Of a DNA stretch of 64,000 nucleotides, positions 17,140 to 26,262 are shown piece by piece. The notes below the pieces were generated by a model, which was given only the letters and a program-made list of their open reading frames with translations, ran no database searches and was not told the origin of the DNA. The DNA comes from an uncultured SAR86 cluster bacterium (GTDB lineage: Bacteria > Pseudomonadota > Gammaproteobacteria > Magnimaribacterales > AG-339-G14): NCBI GenBank assembly GCA_902527995.1, contig CABZRA010000001.1, positions 20,923 to 84,922 on the forward strand. Direction: 5' to 3'. The stretch's first letter is position 1. Each line of letters begins with the position of its first letter. The position numbers and the translations under genes are program-made.

Positions 17140-18149
17140 ATTTTATTTAATATTTCTCTTACAGGCTTTGGAACTCCCATATTAACTGAATCAGATATAT
17201 TTACCCAATTATAAAGACTCCTATTAATCGGTAATCTATCTTTATTTTTGATAGTGTAAATCTTAAGAGATATTAAGAGTTTTTTATGTGAAAGTTGATG
17301 CACGAAGTTAGGAAAATCTTCTTCAATTGGATCAAGATTTGTAATTTTTTTGAGCGGCAAAAATGCCTTGTCAGGTAGTAGCCAAAGATTTTGCCATATT
17401 CCTGATTCCTTATTTCTTTTAAGAAGAACTTTAGTTTTTGTTTTAATTAAAACCCACTCAATTATTTTTTCTTTTTTTTCTATTTTATTAAGTTTTACAG
17501 GTATCTCGTTTTGAATGTTTTTTTCTTTAGCACTACAGCAAGCAACTATAGGACACATTTTACATTCAGGATTTTTAGGCCTACATATTGTAGCTCCAAG
17601 ATCCATTAAACCTTGAGAATATTGTTTGTGTTTAGCGCTTGGAAGTAGAATTTTAGCGAACTCTTTTAATGATTTTTCAGTCTTATAATGATTCATGGGC
17701 GATTTATTACCTAACATTCTCAACAAAACTCTTTTTACATTTCCATCAAGAATTACTCCAGGCTTTTTGAATCCAAGCGAAAGTATTGCCCCAGCTGTCG
17801 AAAATCCGATGCCGGGAAGCATCATTAAGTCCTCTAAAGTATCTGGAAGAGAGCAATTGAAATCTTTTTCTAAAATTACCGCAGTTTTATGAATATTTTT
17901 TGCCCTAGAGTAATATCCAAGACCAGACCAAAGGGACAGGACATCGTCCAAACTAGTTTTTGCCAGACTCTCAATATTTGGATATTTAGAGGTAAAGTTT
18001 TCAAAGTAGGGCATTACAGTTTTAACTTGAGTTTGTTGCAGCATAATTTCAGAAATCCAGATTTTGTAAGGATCTTCAACTTGCCAAGGAAGATTTTTTC
18101 TTCCGCTAACCTCATACCAAGATATAATTTTTTGAGAAAAATTATTCAT
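17136..18149 (-). CDS. mutY: A/G-specific adenine DNA glycosylase
   Basis: LPWQ..DPYKIWISEIMLQQTQVKTV. HhH-GPD core LPGIGFSTAGAIL. 4Fe-4S cluster CRPKNPECKMCPIVACC. NUDIX-like C-terminal domain. Confidence 0.93.
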   Translation of the reverse strand: MNNFSQKIISWYEVSGRKNLPWQVEDPYKIWISEIMLQQTQVKTVMPYFENFTSKYPNIESLAKTSLDDVLSLWSGLGYYSRAKNIHKTAVILEKDFNCSLPDTLEDLMMLPGIGFSTAGAILSLGFKKPGVILDGNVKRVLLRMLGNKSPMNHYKTEKSLKEFAKILLPSAKHKQYSQGLMDLGATICRPKNPECKMCPIVACCSAKEKNIQNEIPVKLNKIEKKEKIIEWVLIKTKTKVLLKRNKESGIWQNLWLLPDKAFLPLKKITNLDPIEEDFPNFVHQLSHKKLLISLKIYTIKNKDRLPINRSLYNWVNISDSVNMGVPKPVREILNKI

Positions 18150-18176
18150 AAACTTATTTTAAATCCTGTGCTCCGT

Positions 18177-18182
18177 TATAAT
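18177..18182 (+). promoter_or_regulatory. Possible -10 box (TATAAT) for hisB, implying a very short or absent leader
   Basis: A perfect TATAAT ends 8 nt before the hisB ATG (18191) in the 41-nt mutY/hisB spacer. No good -35 and no SD are visible. Confidence 0.3.
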
Positions 18183-18190
18183 AGCTTTTT

Positions 18191-18778
18191 ATGAGAAAAA
18201 TAGATTTAGAAAGAAATACGAAAGAAACTCAAATTTCTTTATCGTTAAATTTAGATGGCAGTGGGAAAAGTGACCATGCAATTGATTTGCCATTTTTTTC
18301 CCATATGCTTGAACAAGTTTCAAAGCATGGCGATTTTGATATTGATTTATCAGCAACTGGCGATCTTGAAGTAGATGCCCATCACACAGTAGAGGATGTA
18401 GGAATTTGTATGGGAGATGCATTCAATAAAGCATTAGGCGAAAAAAAAGGCATCAAAAGATTTGGTTCTGCATATGCTCCCTTAGATGAAGCTTTGTCGA
18501 GAGTCGTTGTAGATTTTTCAGGCAGGCCTGGTTTAAGTTGGAATGTAGAATTTACTAAAGACGCCATAAACGACTTTGATTTACAACTGCTAAGGGAATT
18601 TTTTCAGGGTTTTACAAATAAAGCCCTCGCGACAATACATATAGATAACTTAAAAGGTATTAATGCTCATCATCAAGCTGAAACAATTTTTAAAGCTTTT
18701 GCATTAGCGCTTAAACAAGCGTGCGCCCTTGATGAGTCTAAAATTGACCAAATCCCATCTACCAAAGGCTCCCTTTAG
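18191..18778 (+). CDS. hisB: Imidazoleglycerol-phosphate dehydratase
   Basis: RNTKETQISLSLNLDGSG, DAHHTVEDVGICMG and NAHHQAETIFKAFA motifs. Confidence 0.95.
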   Translation: MRKIDLERNTKETQISLSLNLDGSGKSDHAIDLPFFSHMLEQVSKHGDFDIDLSATGDLEVDAHHTVEDVGICMGDAFNKALGEKKGIKRFGSAYAPLDEALSRVVVDFSGRPGLSWNVEFTKDAINDFDLQLLREFFQGFTNKALATIHIDNLKGINAHHQAETIFKAFALALKQACALDESKIDQIPSTKGSL

Positions 18779-18792
18779 GAGGTTTTTTTATA

Positions 18793-19404
18793 ATGCAAAT
18801 TGGTATCGTAGACTATGGTGCAAGTAATATTTTTTCTGTTCTTAGAGCAATAAGCTTTCTAGGAGCCGAAGCAAAAATAGTCACTAATCCTAAAGGATTA
18901 AAATCTATTGATAAGATAATTCTCCCAGGTCAAGGATCAATGGGATCCTGCATAAATAACTTAAAAAAAAATGATCTGTTTGAAAGTTTAAAAAAGTCAT
19001 TATCAGAAAAACCATATTTGGGAATTTGTTTGGGCTTACAAGTTTTATTTTCTCTAAGTGAGGAATCTCCAAAAGATAAAGGATTAAATATTTTTCCAGA
19101 AAAAGTAGAACGACTTTCTAAAAAAGGGAATTTAAAGATTCCTCACATGGGGTGGAATCAAGTTGAATTTAAGAAAGATCACTTTATAAACAATGATATT
19201 CCCAATTCAACCAATTTTTATTTTGTCCACTCTTTTGCCTCAAAAAAACTTAATAAAAAAAATATTTTCTCTCAAACTAAGCATGGAGAAATTTTTAATT
19301 CTGCAGTTCTCCACGAGAATATAATTGGTGTTCAGTTTCATCCTGAAAAAAGCGGTGATCCTGGATTAAAATTTTTAAAAAATTTTATTGATTGGAAAAT
19401 ATGA
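18793..19404 (+). CDS. hisH: Imidazole glycerol phosphate synthase, glutaminase subunit
   Basis: IGIVDYGASNIFSV, LGICLGLQVLF (catalytic Cys), PHMGWNQV and GVQFHPEKS. GGAGG RBS upstream. Confidence 0.95.
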   Translation: MQIGIVDYGASNIFSVLRAISFLGAEAKIVTNPKGLKSIDKIILPGQGSMGSCINNLKKNDLFESLKKSLSEKPYLGICLGLQVLFSLSEESPKDKGLNIFPEKVERLSKKGNLKIPHMGWNQVEFKKDHFINNDIPNSTNFYFVHSFASKKLNKKNIFSQTKHGEIFNSAVLHENIIGVQFHPEKSGDPGLKFLKNFIDWKI

Positions 19405-20123
19405 TTCCCATCCCTGCAATAGATATTCAAAATGGAAAATGTGTCAGATTAGAAAGAGGTGATCTTGACACAACAAAAATTTACTTTAACGATCCTACTG
19501 ACGCAGCCGAGCATTGGATAAGATTGGGCGCTAAACGAATTCATTTGGTAGATCTTGATGGAGCGAATGATGGAAAGTCTACAAATTTTGCAGCCATAGA
19601 AAAAATTAAACGATCTTTTCCAAATGTTTTTTTTCAACTGGGTGGCGGAATAAGAAATCTTGATACCTTGAAGAATTATGAGAATTTAGGCATCGACTAT
19701 TTTATTTTGGGCAGTGTTGCAATTACAGACAAAGACTTTTTCATAAACGCTTGCGAAATGTATCCTGAAAGAATTATTTTAGGATTGGATGCAAAGAAAG
19801 GTTTTGTTGCAACCGAGGCTTGGACAAAAACCTCAGACGTATTAGCAACCGATCTTCTGGAAGACTTTAAAGACTTGCCTATTTTCCAGATTATTTATAC
19901 AGATATAGATAAAGACGGCATGATGATGGGTCCAAATATTGAAGAAACAAAAAAATTAGCCCAAGCGTCGAAATTTCCAGTTATTGCATCAGGAGGAGTA
20001 AGTAGATTAGAAGACCTAGAAAAATTGTCACTAGTAAAAAATGTCTTCGGAGCTATATGTGGAAAAGCCTTATATGAAGGTTCGATTAATTTAGACGAAA
20101 TCTTAGAGAGGTTTAACAGTTAA
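19401..20123 (+). CDS. hisA: ProFAR isomerase (1-(5-phosphoribosyl)-5-[(5-phosphoribosylamino)methylideneamino]imidazole-4-carboxamide isomerase)
   Basis: [30 protein letters not shown] and ASGGVS. I prefer the ATG at 19401 (ATGA overlap with the hisH stop) to the TTG at 19392. Confidence 0.93.
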   Translation: MIPIPAIDIQNGKCVRLERGDLDTTKIYFNDPTDAAEHWIRLGAKRIHLVDLDGANDGKSTNFAAIEKIKRSFPNVFFQLGGGIRNLDTLKNYENLGIDYFILGSVAITDKDFFINACEMYPERIILGLDAKKGFVATEAWTKTSDVLATDLLEDFKDLPIFQIIYTDIDKDGMMMGPNIEETKKLAQASKFPVIASGGVSRLEDLEKLSLVKNVFGAICGKALYEGSINLDEILERFNS

Positions 20124-20887
20124 TGTCACTTACGGCTAGAATCATTCCTTGTTTGGATGTAAGAGGCGGGCGAGTTGTTAAGGGTATAAATTTTGAAAAT
20201 ATCGTCGATGCTGGCGATCCAGCAGAAGTTGCAAAAAGGTATGATCTTGAAGGTGCAGATGAGATATGTATGTTGGACATAGACGCTTCTTATCAAGAAA
20301 GATCCACGACTCTAACTACAGTTGAAGCAATAGCTAATCAAGTTTTTATACCATTTACAGTGGGTGGAGGAATTAAAAAAATTCAAGACATTGAGGTTTT
20401 ATTAAAATCTGGAGCGGATAAAGTTTCTATTAATACTTCAGCAATCTTGGAGCCTGAATTAATTCAACACGCTTCCAGAGAATTTGGTTCACAATGTATT
20501 GTTGTTGCAATTGACGCAAAAAAGGAAGGAGACTTATGGTCAGTTTTCACTCACGGCGGAAAAAATAAAACTCTACTAAATGCAATTGATTGGGCAAAAA
20601 AAGTAGAAGATCTAGGAGCGGGTGAAATTTTAATGACTTCGATGGATAAGGATGGAACTAAGAGCGGGTATGATAACGAATTGAATCAAAAGCTTGCTTC
20701 TGCATTAGAAATTCCTTTAATAGCATCTGGAGGTGCTGGTACTTTAGATCACTTAGTTGATGCTATCAAAATAGGAGAAGCCGATGCTGTCTTGGCTGCA
20801 AGTATTTTTCACTATAAAGAAATCTCAATTGAAAGAGTAAAAGAAGAACTTTTAAAAAATAAGATATCTGTAAGATCAAATAGTTAA
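20123..20887 (+). CDS. hisF: Imidazole glycerol phosphate synthase, cyclase subunit
   Basis: [31 protein letters not shown] and [12 protein letters not shown] junction with hisA. Confidence 0.95.
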   Translation: MSLTARIIPCLDVRGGRVVKGINFENIVDAGDPAEVAKRYDLEGADEICMLDIDASYQERSTTLTTVEAIANQVFIPFTVGGGIKKIQDIEVLLKSGADKVSINTSAILEPELIQHASREFGSQCIVVAIDAKKEGDLWSVFTHGGKNKTLLNAIDWAKKVEDLGAGEILMTSMDKDGTKSGYDNELNQKLASALEIPLIASGGAGTLDHLVDAIKIGEADAVLAASIFHYKEISIERVKEELLKNKISVRSNS

Positions 20888-21493
20888 TCTCACATACCTT
20901 TCTTTAAAAAAAGAGTAAACAATTGGCTCGCCGGTTGCGATTTCAAGCTTAACTATGTCATTGGAGGAAATATTTTCTATCTTTTTTATAAGAGCTCTCA
21001 AAGAATTACCATGAGCAGTAACTAAAATATTTTTTTTCTTATCAAGCTCAGGTTTAATAGTTTTTTCAAAGTAAGGTAAAACCCTGTTCAGGGTATCTTT
21101 TAAACTCTCTCCCCCTGGAGGAGGAATATTATAAGAACGTCGCCAAATATGAACTTGTTCTTCACCCCATTCTTTTCTTGCTTCATCTTTATTTAAGCCA
21201 GATAAATCTCCATAGTCTCTCTCATTAAGAGCAATATTCTTAAACGTTTCAATTTCTTGTTTTATTTCTTCTATGATAATTTCTCCAGTATTTTGAGCTC
21301 TCTCTAATTCAGAAGTGAAATGTAAATCAAAACTCAAACCAAGAGACTTTATTTTCTCTCCAGTTTTTCTAGCTTCTTGCCTTCCAAGTTTTGTCAGAGG
21401 GGGATTTTTCCAGCCTGTGAAAAGATTTTTTTCATTCCATTCGCTTTGACCATGCCTTACCAGCACTAAATAATTATTTTTATCTTCAGTCAT
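20876..21493 (-). CDS. gpmA: 2,3-bisphosphoglycerate-dependent phosphoglycerate mutase (short form)
   Basis: [63 protein letters not shown] and AHGNSLRAL. Its 3' end overlaps the hisF 3' end by 12 nt. Confidence 0.9.
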   Translation of the reverse strand: MTEDKNNYLVLVRHGQSEWNEKNLFTGWKNPPLTKLGRQEARKTGEKIKSLGLSFDLHFTSELERAQNTGEIIIEEIKQEIETFKNIALNERDYGDLSGLNKDEARKEWGEEQVHIWRRSYNIPPPGGESLKDTLNRVLPYFEKTIKPELDKKKNILVTAHGNSLRALIKKIENISSNDIVKLEIATGEPIVYSFFKERYVRLTI

Positions 21494-21529
21494 AGTTAAT
21501 ATTTTTAAATACGTTATGATACTCCTGTA

Positions 21530-21937
21530 ATGCCTTATTTCTTTGAATTTTTAATAACAAATTGGTTTTTAGTGCTTCCTTTACTGGTAGCCATCTCTTT
21601 ATTTTTTTACTCTGAGAATTCTAGAAAAGCTATAAAATTAGACCCTCAAGAAGTAATCTTTCAACTAAATAATAAAGATGCTTTATTGATAGATTTAAGA
21701 AACGAAAAAGAATTTTCCAAGGGAAAGATTAGTCAAGCCATATATATCGGCCCTGATTTAGAAAACTGTAAAAAAGAAATAGAAAAAAATTCAGAAAAAC
21801 CTGTAGTGCTTTTTTGTCAAAACGGTAATAAATCCGATGAGTTTTCAAAAGAATTAAAAAAAGCTGGAAAAAACACTTTTATCCTTAAAGGAGGTATTAA
21901 TACTTGGACGGCAGATGGGTTGCCTTTGTTGGATTAG
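21530..21937 (+). CDS. Membrane-anchored single-domain rhodanese (YibN-like)
   Basis: An N-terminal TM helix ([21 protein letters not shown]) is followed by a rhodanese fold, [19 protein letters not shown]...[12 protein letters not shown]. The architecture is the same as E. coli YibN. Confidence 0.8.
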   Translation: MPYFFEFLITNWFLVLPLLVAISLFFYSENSRKAIKLDPQEVIFQLNNKDALLIDLRNEKEFSKGKISQAIYIGPDLENCKKEIEKNSEKPVVLFCQNGNKSDEFSKELKKAGKNTFILKGGINTWTADGLPLLD

Positions 21938-21960
21938 ATCAATTAAAAGTTATTCAAAGA

Positions 21961-23358
21961 TTAAAAATCTAATTCTTGCATTTTTCGAGCAAGAGTATTT
22001 CGACCCCATCCTAAAAGTTTTGCAGCTTCGCTTTTTTTGCCTTTCGAAGCTTTCAAAGCAACTTTGATAAGAGTTTTTTCAAACATTGGGACAGTCGAGT
22101 TGAGAATGTGATCTTCACCATTAAGCAATTCTTTCGATGCCCAGGTTTCAAGCATATCGTTCCAAGTTAAGTCAGGACCTTTTTTTTGAATTATTAAATC
22201 ATTGGGTAAATCAGCAATGACAATTTCTTGTGCTGAAGAAAGAACGGTTAAAGAATGACATAAGTTTTGTAACTGTAATACGTTACCGGGCCAAATTAAA
22301 TTTCTAAATAGTTCTTCAACTTCACTAGATAAAATCTTAGGTTCGGATTTTAATTCTTCACTGTACTTATTAAGAAAATAGTTTGCCAACAAAGGGATGT
22401 CTTCTTTTCTTTCCCTTAAAGGAGGTAAAGCAATTCTTATGACATTTAAGCGGTGAAATAGATCTTCTCTGAAAGCTCCAGTTTTTACTTTGTCATTCAA
22501 GTTTTGATTTGTAGCTGCAATAATTCTTACATCAACTTTTACAGGATCAGTGCCACCAATTCTGTAAAATTCTCCTGAAGACAATACCCTTAAAATTCTT
22601 GTTTGAGTTTCAAAAGGCATGTCTCCTATTTCATCTAGAAAAAGTGTTCCTTCATGAGCTTGCTCAAACCTACCTAATTTTTTTTGTGACGCACCCGTAA
22701 AAGCTCCTTTTTCATATCCAAATAGTTCCGATTCTAATAGTTCTATCGGAATGTCAGCCATATTTAAGGAAATTAATTTCTTATTTTGTCTATCAGAGTG
22801 TTCATAAATCGCTCTTGCAACTAATTCTTTACCAGTTCCCGACTCCCCATATAAAAGCACTGTGCTACTTGAATGGGATAGTTTCCCTATTGAATTGAAT
22901 AAATCCTGCATTACATTTGATTTCCCAATGAGTTTTCCACCTTTGGTATCTATTTCCTCGCCAGAAGTAGATTTTTTTTGCTTCTTTTTTTGCTCGCTTA
23001 AAGCTTTAGTAATTTTGTCTATCGCTCCATTTAAATCAAATGGTTTTGCTATATAGTCCCACGCACCGTTTTCAAAAGCTTGTACAGTAGTATCCAAGTC
23101 AGAATGAGCTGTCATCATAATTACAGGAATATTTGGATAGTCATTTTTAAAAGTATCTAGAAGATCCATACCGTCTCTTCCTGGCATTTTAAGATCTGTT
23201 AAAAGTACGTGCGGTTTCTCTATATCCAAGTGATTTACAACTTCATTTCCGTCTTCAAAAACATTTACATGAAAGCCAGCGTCTAAAAGACCCTTTTCAA
23301 GTATAAATCTTATAGATTCATCATCATCTGCAATCCAAACCTTTTTTGGCCTAGGCAT
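21961..23358 (-). CDS. ntrC: Nitrogen-regulation response regulator NtrC (sigma54 activator)
   Basis: Receiver domain VWIADDDESIRFIL...DLKMPGRDG. AAA+ Walker A GESGTGKE. The sigma54-contact loop GAFTGA. C-terminal Fis-type HTH AAKLLGWGRNTLARKM. Confidence 0.92.
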   Translation of the reverse strand: MPRPKKVWIADDDESIRFILEKGLLDAGFHVNVFEDGNEVVNHLDIEKPHVLLTDLKMPGRDGMDLLDTFKNDYPNIPVIMMTAHSDLDTTVQAFENGAWDYIAKPFDLNGAIDKITKALSEQKKKQKKSTSGEEIDTKGGKLIGKSNVMQDLFNSIGKLSHSSSTVLLYGESGTGKELVARAIYEHSDRQNKKLISLNMADIPIELLESELFGYEKGAFTGASQKKLGRFEQAHEGTLFLDEIGDMPFETQTRILRVLSSGEFYRIGGTDPVKVDVRIIAATNQNLNDKVKTGAFREDLFHRLNVIRIALPPLRERKEDIPLLANYFLNKYSEELKSEPKILSSEVEELFRNLIWPGNVLQLQNLCHSLTVLSSAQEIVIADLPNDLIIQKKGPDLTWNDMLETWASKELLNGEDHILNSTVPMFEKTLIKVALKASKGKKSEAAKLLGWGRNTLARKMQELDF

Positions 23359-24454
23359 TTAATTCCTCCCTTACAACTTCTGAATTATCTTCAATCGGCA
23401 AAATCACAGAAAAAGTCGTCCCATTTGAGTTGCTTACACAATCTATTTCACCTTTATGCTGATTTATTATTCCTCTGGCAATAGCTAAACCAAGCCCAGA
23501 TGTAATTTCTTTTGTAGAAACTAATGGGAAAAAAATTGAGTCTATTAAATCATCTGGTATTCCAGGACCATTATCTGAAATCTCAATCAAGCATGCAGAT
23601 TTATAATATGATTTATTCAAGAAAGTTTCGTACATAATTCTTGTTCTTAAAATTAGTTTATTTCCTTTTTTACTTGCGTCGATAGCTTCAACAGAATTTC
23701 TAGCCAAGTTATAGAAAACTTGTCCTAATAGGTTATCGTCAACATTAAGCAGTGGAATACTTGGGTCATAATCCCTTTCAACAGATATTTCTTTAAGATT
23801 TAAAGAATCGACGAAGTTGGGAATCTTTTCAAGTATGCTATGAACATTGAAAGGTTTTGGATTAAGTTGAAAATTCTTTTTTGAAACCTGATCAATAATC
23901 TTAGCTATCCTGTCCGTTTCTTTAAGAATTATATTTAAAAATTCTTGATTTTCAGAATCATCTACTTTGTTCATTAATAGTTGCGCAGATCCTTTTATTC
24001 CACTTAAAGGATTTTTTATTTCATGAGCCAACACTTTTGAAAAAGCATTCGTTATTACATCTCCTTTAAATCTTCGTTCCCTCTTTGATTCAATTGAAGT
24101 TTTATCTGCACTAAAGAATTCAAAAACAATAAACTGTTCTTTTTTATCATCCTCGAAATATGTCGCTAAGAAAGAAGTTTTCTTTTTTAAATTATTGTTT
24201 AAAAATAAAGTGGTTATATGCCTTTTCAGATGACTTTTATTTTCAAATAACTCTTTTAGCTCTAAATCATTTTTTGGCTTTTCAAAAAAAATTTCTGATA
24301 TGTCTTTATTTTTTGCTTTCTCAAAAGACGTATTAAGAAAATCCTCCGCAGACTTATTGAGATATATAACTTGAAGTTTTTTATCAACGATCAATATTTT
24401 TGAAGAAAGGAAATCTAGAGCTAAGTTCGAGAAGGTTTTTGATTTATTAGTCAT
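23351..24454 (-). CDS. ntrB: Nitrogen-regulation sensor histidine kinase NtrB
   Basis: H-box AHEIKNPLSGIKGSAQLL. N, G1 and G2 boxes: NLARNSVEA, DNGPGIP, GLGLAIARG. Overlaps ntrC by 8 nt. I prefer the ATG at 24454 to the TTG at 24463. Confidence 0.9.
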   Translation of the reverse strand: MTNKSKTFSNLALDFLSSKILIVDKKLQVIYLNKSAEDFLNTSFEKAKNKDISEIFFEKPKNDLELKELFENKSHLKRHITTLFLNNNLKKKTSFLATYFEDDKKEQFIVFEFFSADKTSIESKRERRFKGDVITNAFSKVLAHEIKNPLSGIKGSAQLLMNKVDDSENQEFLNIILKETDRIAKIIDQVSKKNFQLNPKPFNVHSILEKIPNFVDSLNLKEISVERDYDPSIPLLNVDDNLLGQVFYNLARNSVEAIDASKKGNKLILRTRIMYETFLNKSYYKSACLIEISDNGPGIPDDLIDSIFFPLVSTKEITSGLGLAIARGIINQHKGEIDCVSNSNGTTFSVILPIEDNSEVVREELNA

Positions 24455-24560
24455 ACTAAACAACTCGAAAAACTGCTTTTTATAAAAGCAATTAGAGATT
24501 TAAAAAGCTTACCTATATCTGTTAGTGATTTTTTCATCGCAAGTTTTATCCGATTTAATA

Positions 24561-24590
24561 TAGTTCTTCTGTCCTGTGACAGAAGAACTA
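24561..24590 (-). terminator. Strong hairpin between GS and ntrB (terminator/attenuator or mRNA-stabilising stem)
   Basis: A perfect 13-bp inverted repeat, TAGTTCTTCTGTC-ctgt-GACAGAAGAACTA, starts 20 nt downstream of the GS stop. The downstream tract on the transcribed strand (UAUUAAAU) is only moderately U-rich. Confidence 0.5.
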
Positions 24591-24609
24591 TTCAAAATAC
24601 CTTAAGGTT

Positions 24610-25590
24610 TTACTTTGTTAAAGTCCCAACAATATGAGCTAGAATTTTATATGGATCAGCATTTGAAGCAGGTCTCCTGTCTTCTAAATAGCCATTCCAA
24701 TCATGTTCAACGGTATAAACCGGAATTCTTATACTAGCTCCTCTATCACTGACTCCATATGAGAATTCAGTAATCTTTTGAGTTTCGTGAAGACCAGTTA
24801 ATCGCATATCATTATCTGAACCGTAAGAGGCTATTCCTTCAGTGTGTACTTCACCTAATTTCTCACACATTGACTCAAATAGTTCTTTTGAACCTTTGGT
24901 TCTCATTTCTTCGTTTGAAAAATTAGAGTGCATTCCTGATCCATTCCAATCACCAGTTTTTGGCTTTGGATGAATATTTACTCCGACGCCAAATTCTTCT
25001 GCAATTTTGAACAATAGATATCTACTAACCCATAAGTCATCTGCAGCTTTAATACCTTTACCAAAGCATTGATACTCCCATTGCCCTAATGCAACCTCAG
25101 CATTCGTTCCAGTTAATGTAATTCCAAGCTCTAAGCAAGCTTCAAGATGTGCATCAGAAATTTCTCTTCCAACAACATTACTGGCACCAACTCCGCAATA
25201 GTATTCTCCTTGCTCTTTAGGTGTTCCATCTTCCCAACCTAGGGGCTCGCCTGATTTTGGATCTGTAAAGAAAAACTCTTGTTCAAAACCGAACCACCAC
25301 TCATCAGTAACTACTTCTGCAGCTGCAGCTCTAAAATTTGAAGAATGAGTTGTATGATCAGCTGATTGAACTTGGGTCAGAACTAAATCATGTCCATGAG
25401 GGTTAGAGTAATGTTGGACTGGAAGTAATAAACAGTCTGAACTTCCTCCCTCAGCCTGAAGTGTGGATGAACCATCAAATGACCAATCTGGTGGTGTATC
25501 ATCTTCAGTAGCTTTAACTTTGCTACGCATATTAGCTTCTGGTTCGTAGCCATCTAACCAGATGTATTCATAAGTTTTCATATCTGACAT
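24610..25590 (-). CDS. glnII: Glutamine synthetase, type II (eukaryote-like GSII)
   Basis: YIWLDG......RSK, DGSST.QAEG..SD, WFGFEQEFF, YYCGVG, NAEVALGQWEYQ, DWNGSGMHSNFS and RGASIRIP are GSII hallmarks. Size (~326 aa) is GSII-like, not the ~470 aa of GSI. The ATG at 25590 is preceded by AGGAGA. Confidence 0.9.
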   Translation of the reverse strand: MSDMKTYEYIWLDGYEPEANMRSKVKATEDDTPPDWSFDGSSTLQAEGGSSDCLLLPVQHYSNPHGHDLVLTQVQSADHTTHSSNFRAAAAEVVTDEWWFGFEQEFFFTDPKSGEPLGWEDGTPKEQGEYYCGVGASNVVGREISDAHLEACLELGITLTGTNAEVALGQWEYQCFGKGIKAADDLWVSRYLLFKIAEEFGVGVNIHPKPKTGDWNGSGMHSNFSNEEMRTKGSKELFESMCEKLGEVHTEGIASYGSDNDMRLTGLHETQKITEFSYGVSDRGASIRIPVYTVEHDWNGYLEDRRPASNADPYKILAHIVGTLTK

Positions 25591-25695
25591 TATGTCTCCT
25601 AAATTTGTTTGTCGATTTATAATAATATCAAACAAAGTGGTTAATTCTAGTGCATTTTTTGCTCTTTTTTTATACAAGAATTGCACTATTATAGA

Positions 25696-26262
25696 TCAAT
25701 TAGTCATAAAATCGTAAATCATAAATAGATGTCTACCAAAGCCCTCGAATTGATGAGTTCCGTTATTTTCAATAAGCACTAGTGACTTTCTAAAATAATT
25801 TATTGTCAATTTTTGATCAAGCACTTCATCACCAAGCTGAACTAAACAAAAATGATTCATTGGAAAACTTAATTCACTAGTTTTGAGATCTAATAATTCT
25901 TGGTAATTAGATTCTGTAAATCTATATTTTTCTTTAGATTGATAATTAGAATGTACACCAATAATATCTTTCATAGATTCAAGATGCTCTGGAACAACTG
26001 GATTAATTAGAACATTTTTGATTCCATAAATGTTTCCTAGATAAGAGGAATAAAATCCACCTAGGGAACTTCCTATGATTGATATTTTTTGATTTTCTTT
26101 TTCAATTATTTCACTTAATAGATTTATTGAATCTTTAGGAGATATTGGAAGCTCAGGTATTATTAAATTTTTCTTGTCTTGAGCTGATATAAATTTTTTA
26201 AATATTTTTGCTTTGGTGGACTCCGGTGAGCTGTTAAAGCCATGTAGGTATAAAAGTTTCAA
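25696..26262 (-). CDS. yqiA: Esterase YqiA (alpha/beta hydrolase, UPF0227)
   Basis: The N-terminal KLLYLHGFNSSPESTKA matches the YqiA signature. GSSLGGFY is the nucleophile elbow. Apparent TTG start. Confidence 0.85.
   Translation of the reverse strand: MKLLYLHGFNSSPESTKAKIFKKFISAQDKKNLIIPELPISPKDSINLLSEIIEKENQKISIIGSSLGGFYSSYLGNIYGIKNVLINPVVPEHLESMKDIIGVHSNYQSKEKYRFTESNYQELLDLKTSELSFPMNHFCLVQLGDEVLDQKLTINYFRKSLVLIENNGTHQFEGFGRHLFMIYDFMTN

Noticed and set aside
24539-24551. Sigma54-like element GGATAAAACTTGC (minus strand) upstream of ntrB
   Set aside because: There are 9 nt between the GG and GC dinucleotides instead of the required 10, and the flanking bases do not match TGGCAC/TTGCW.
25591-25695. 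Looked for a glutamine riboswitch (glnA RNA motif), a sigma54 promoter and palindromic NtrC sites upstream of the GS gene
   Set aside because: The spacer is almost pure A/T, with no GG apart from the SD and no GGAAG-type conserved riboswitch core. TGCACTAGAATTAACCAC resembles only one NtrC half-site (TGCAC) and is not a convincing palindrome.
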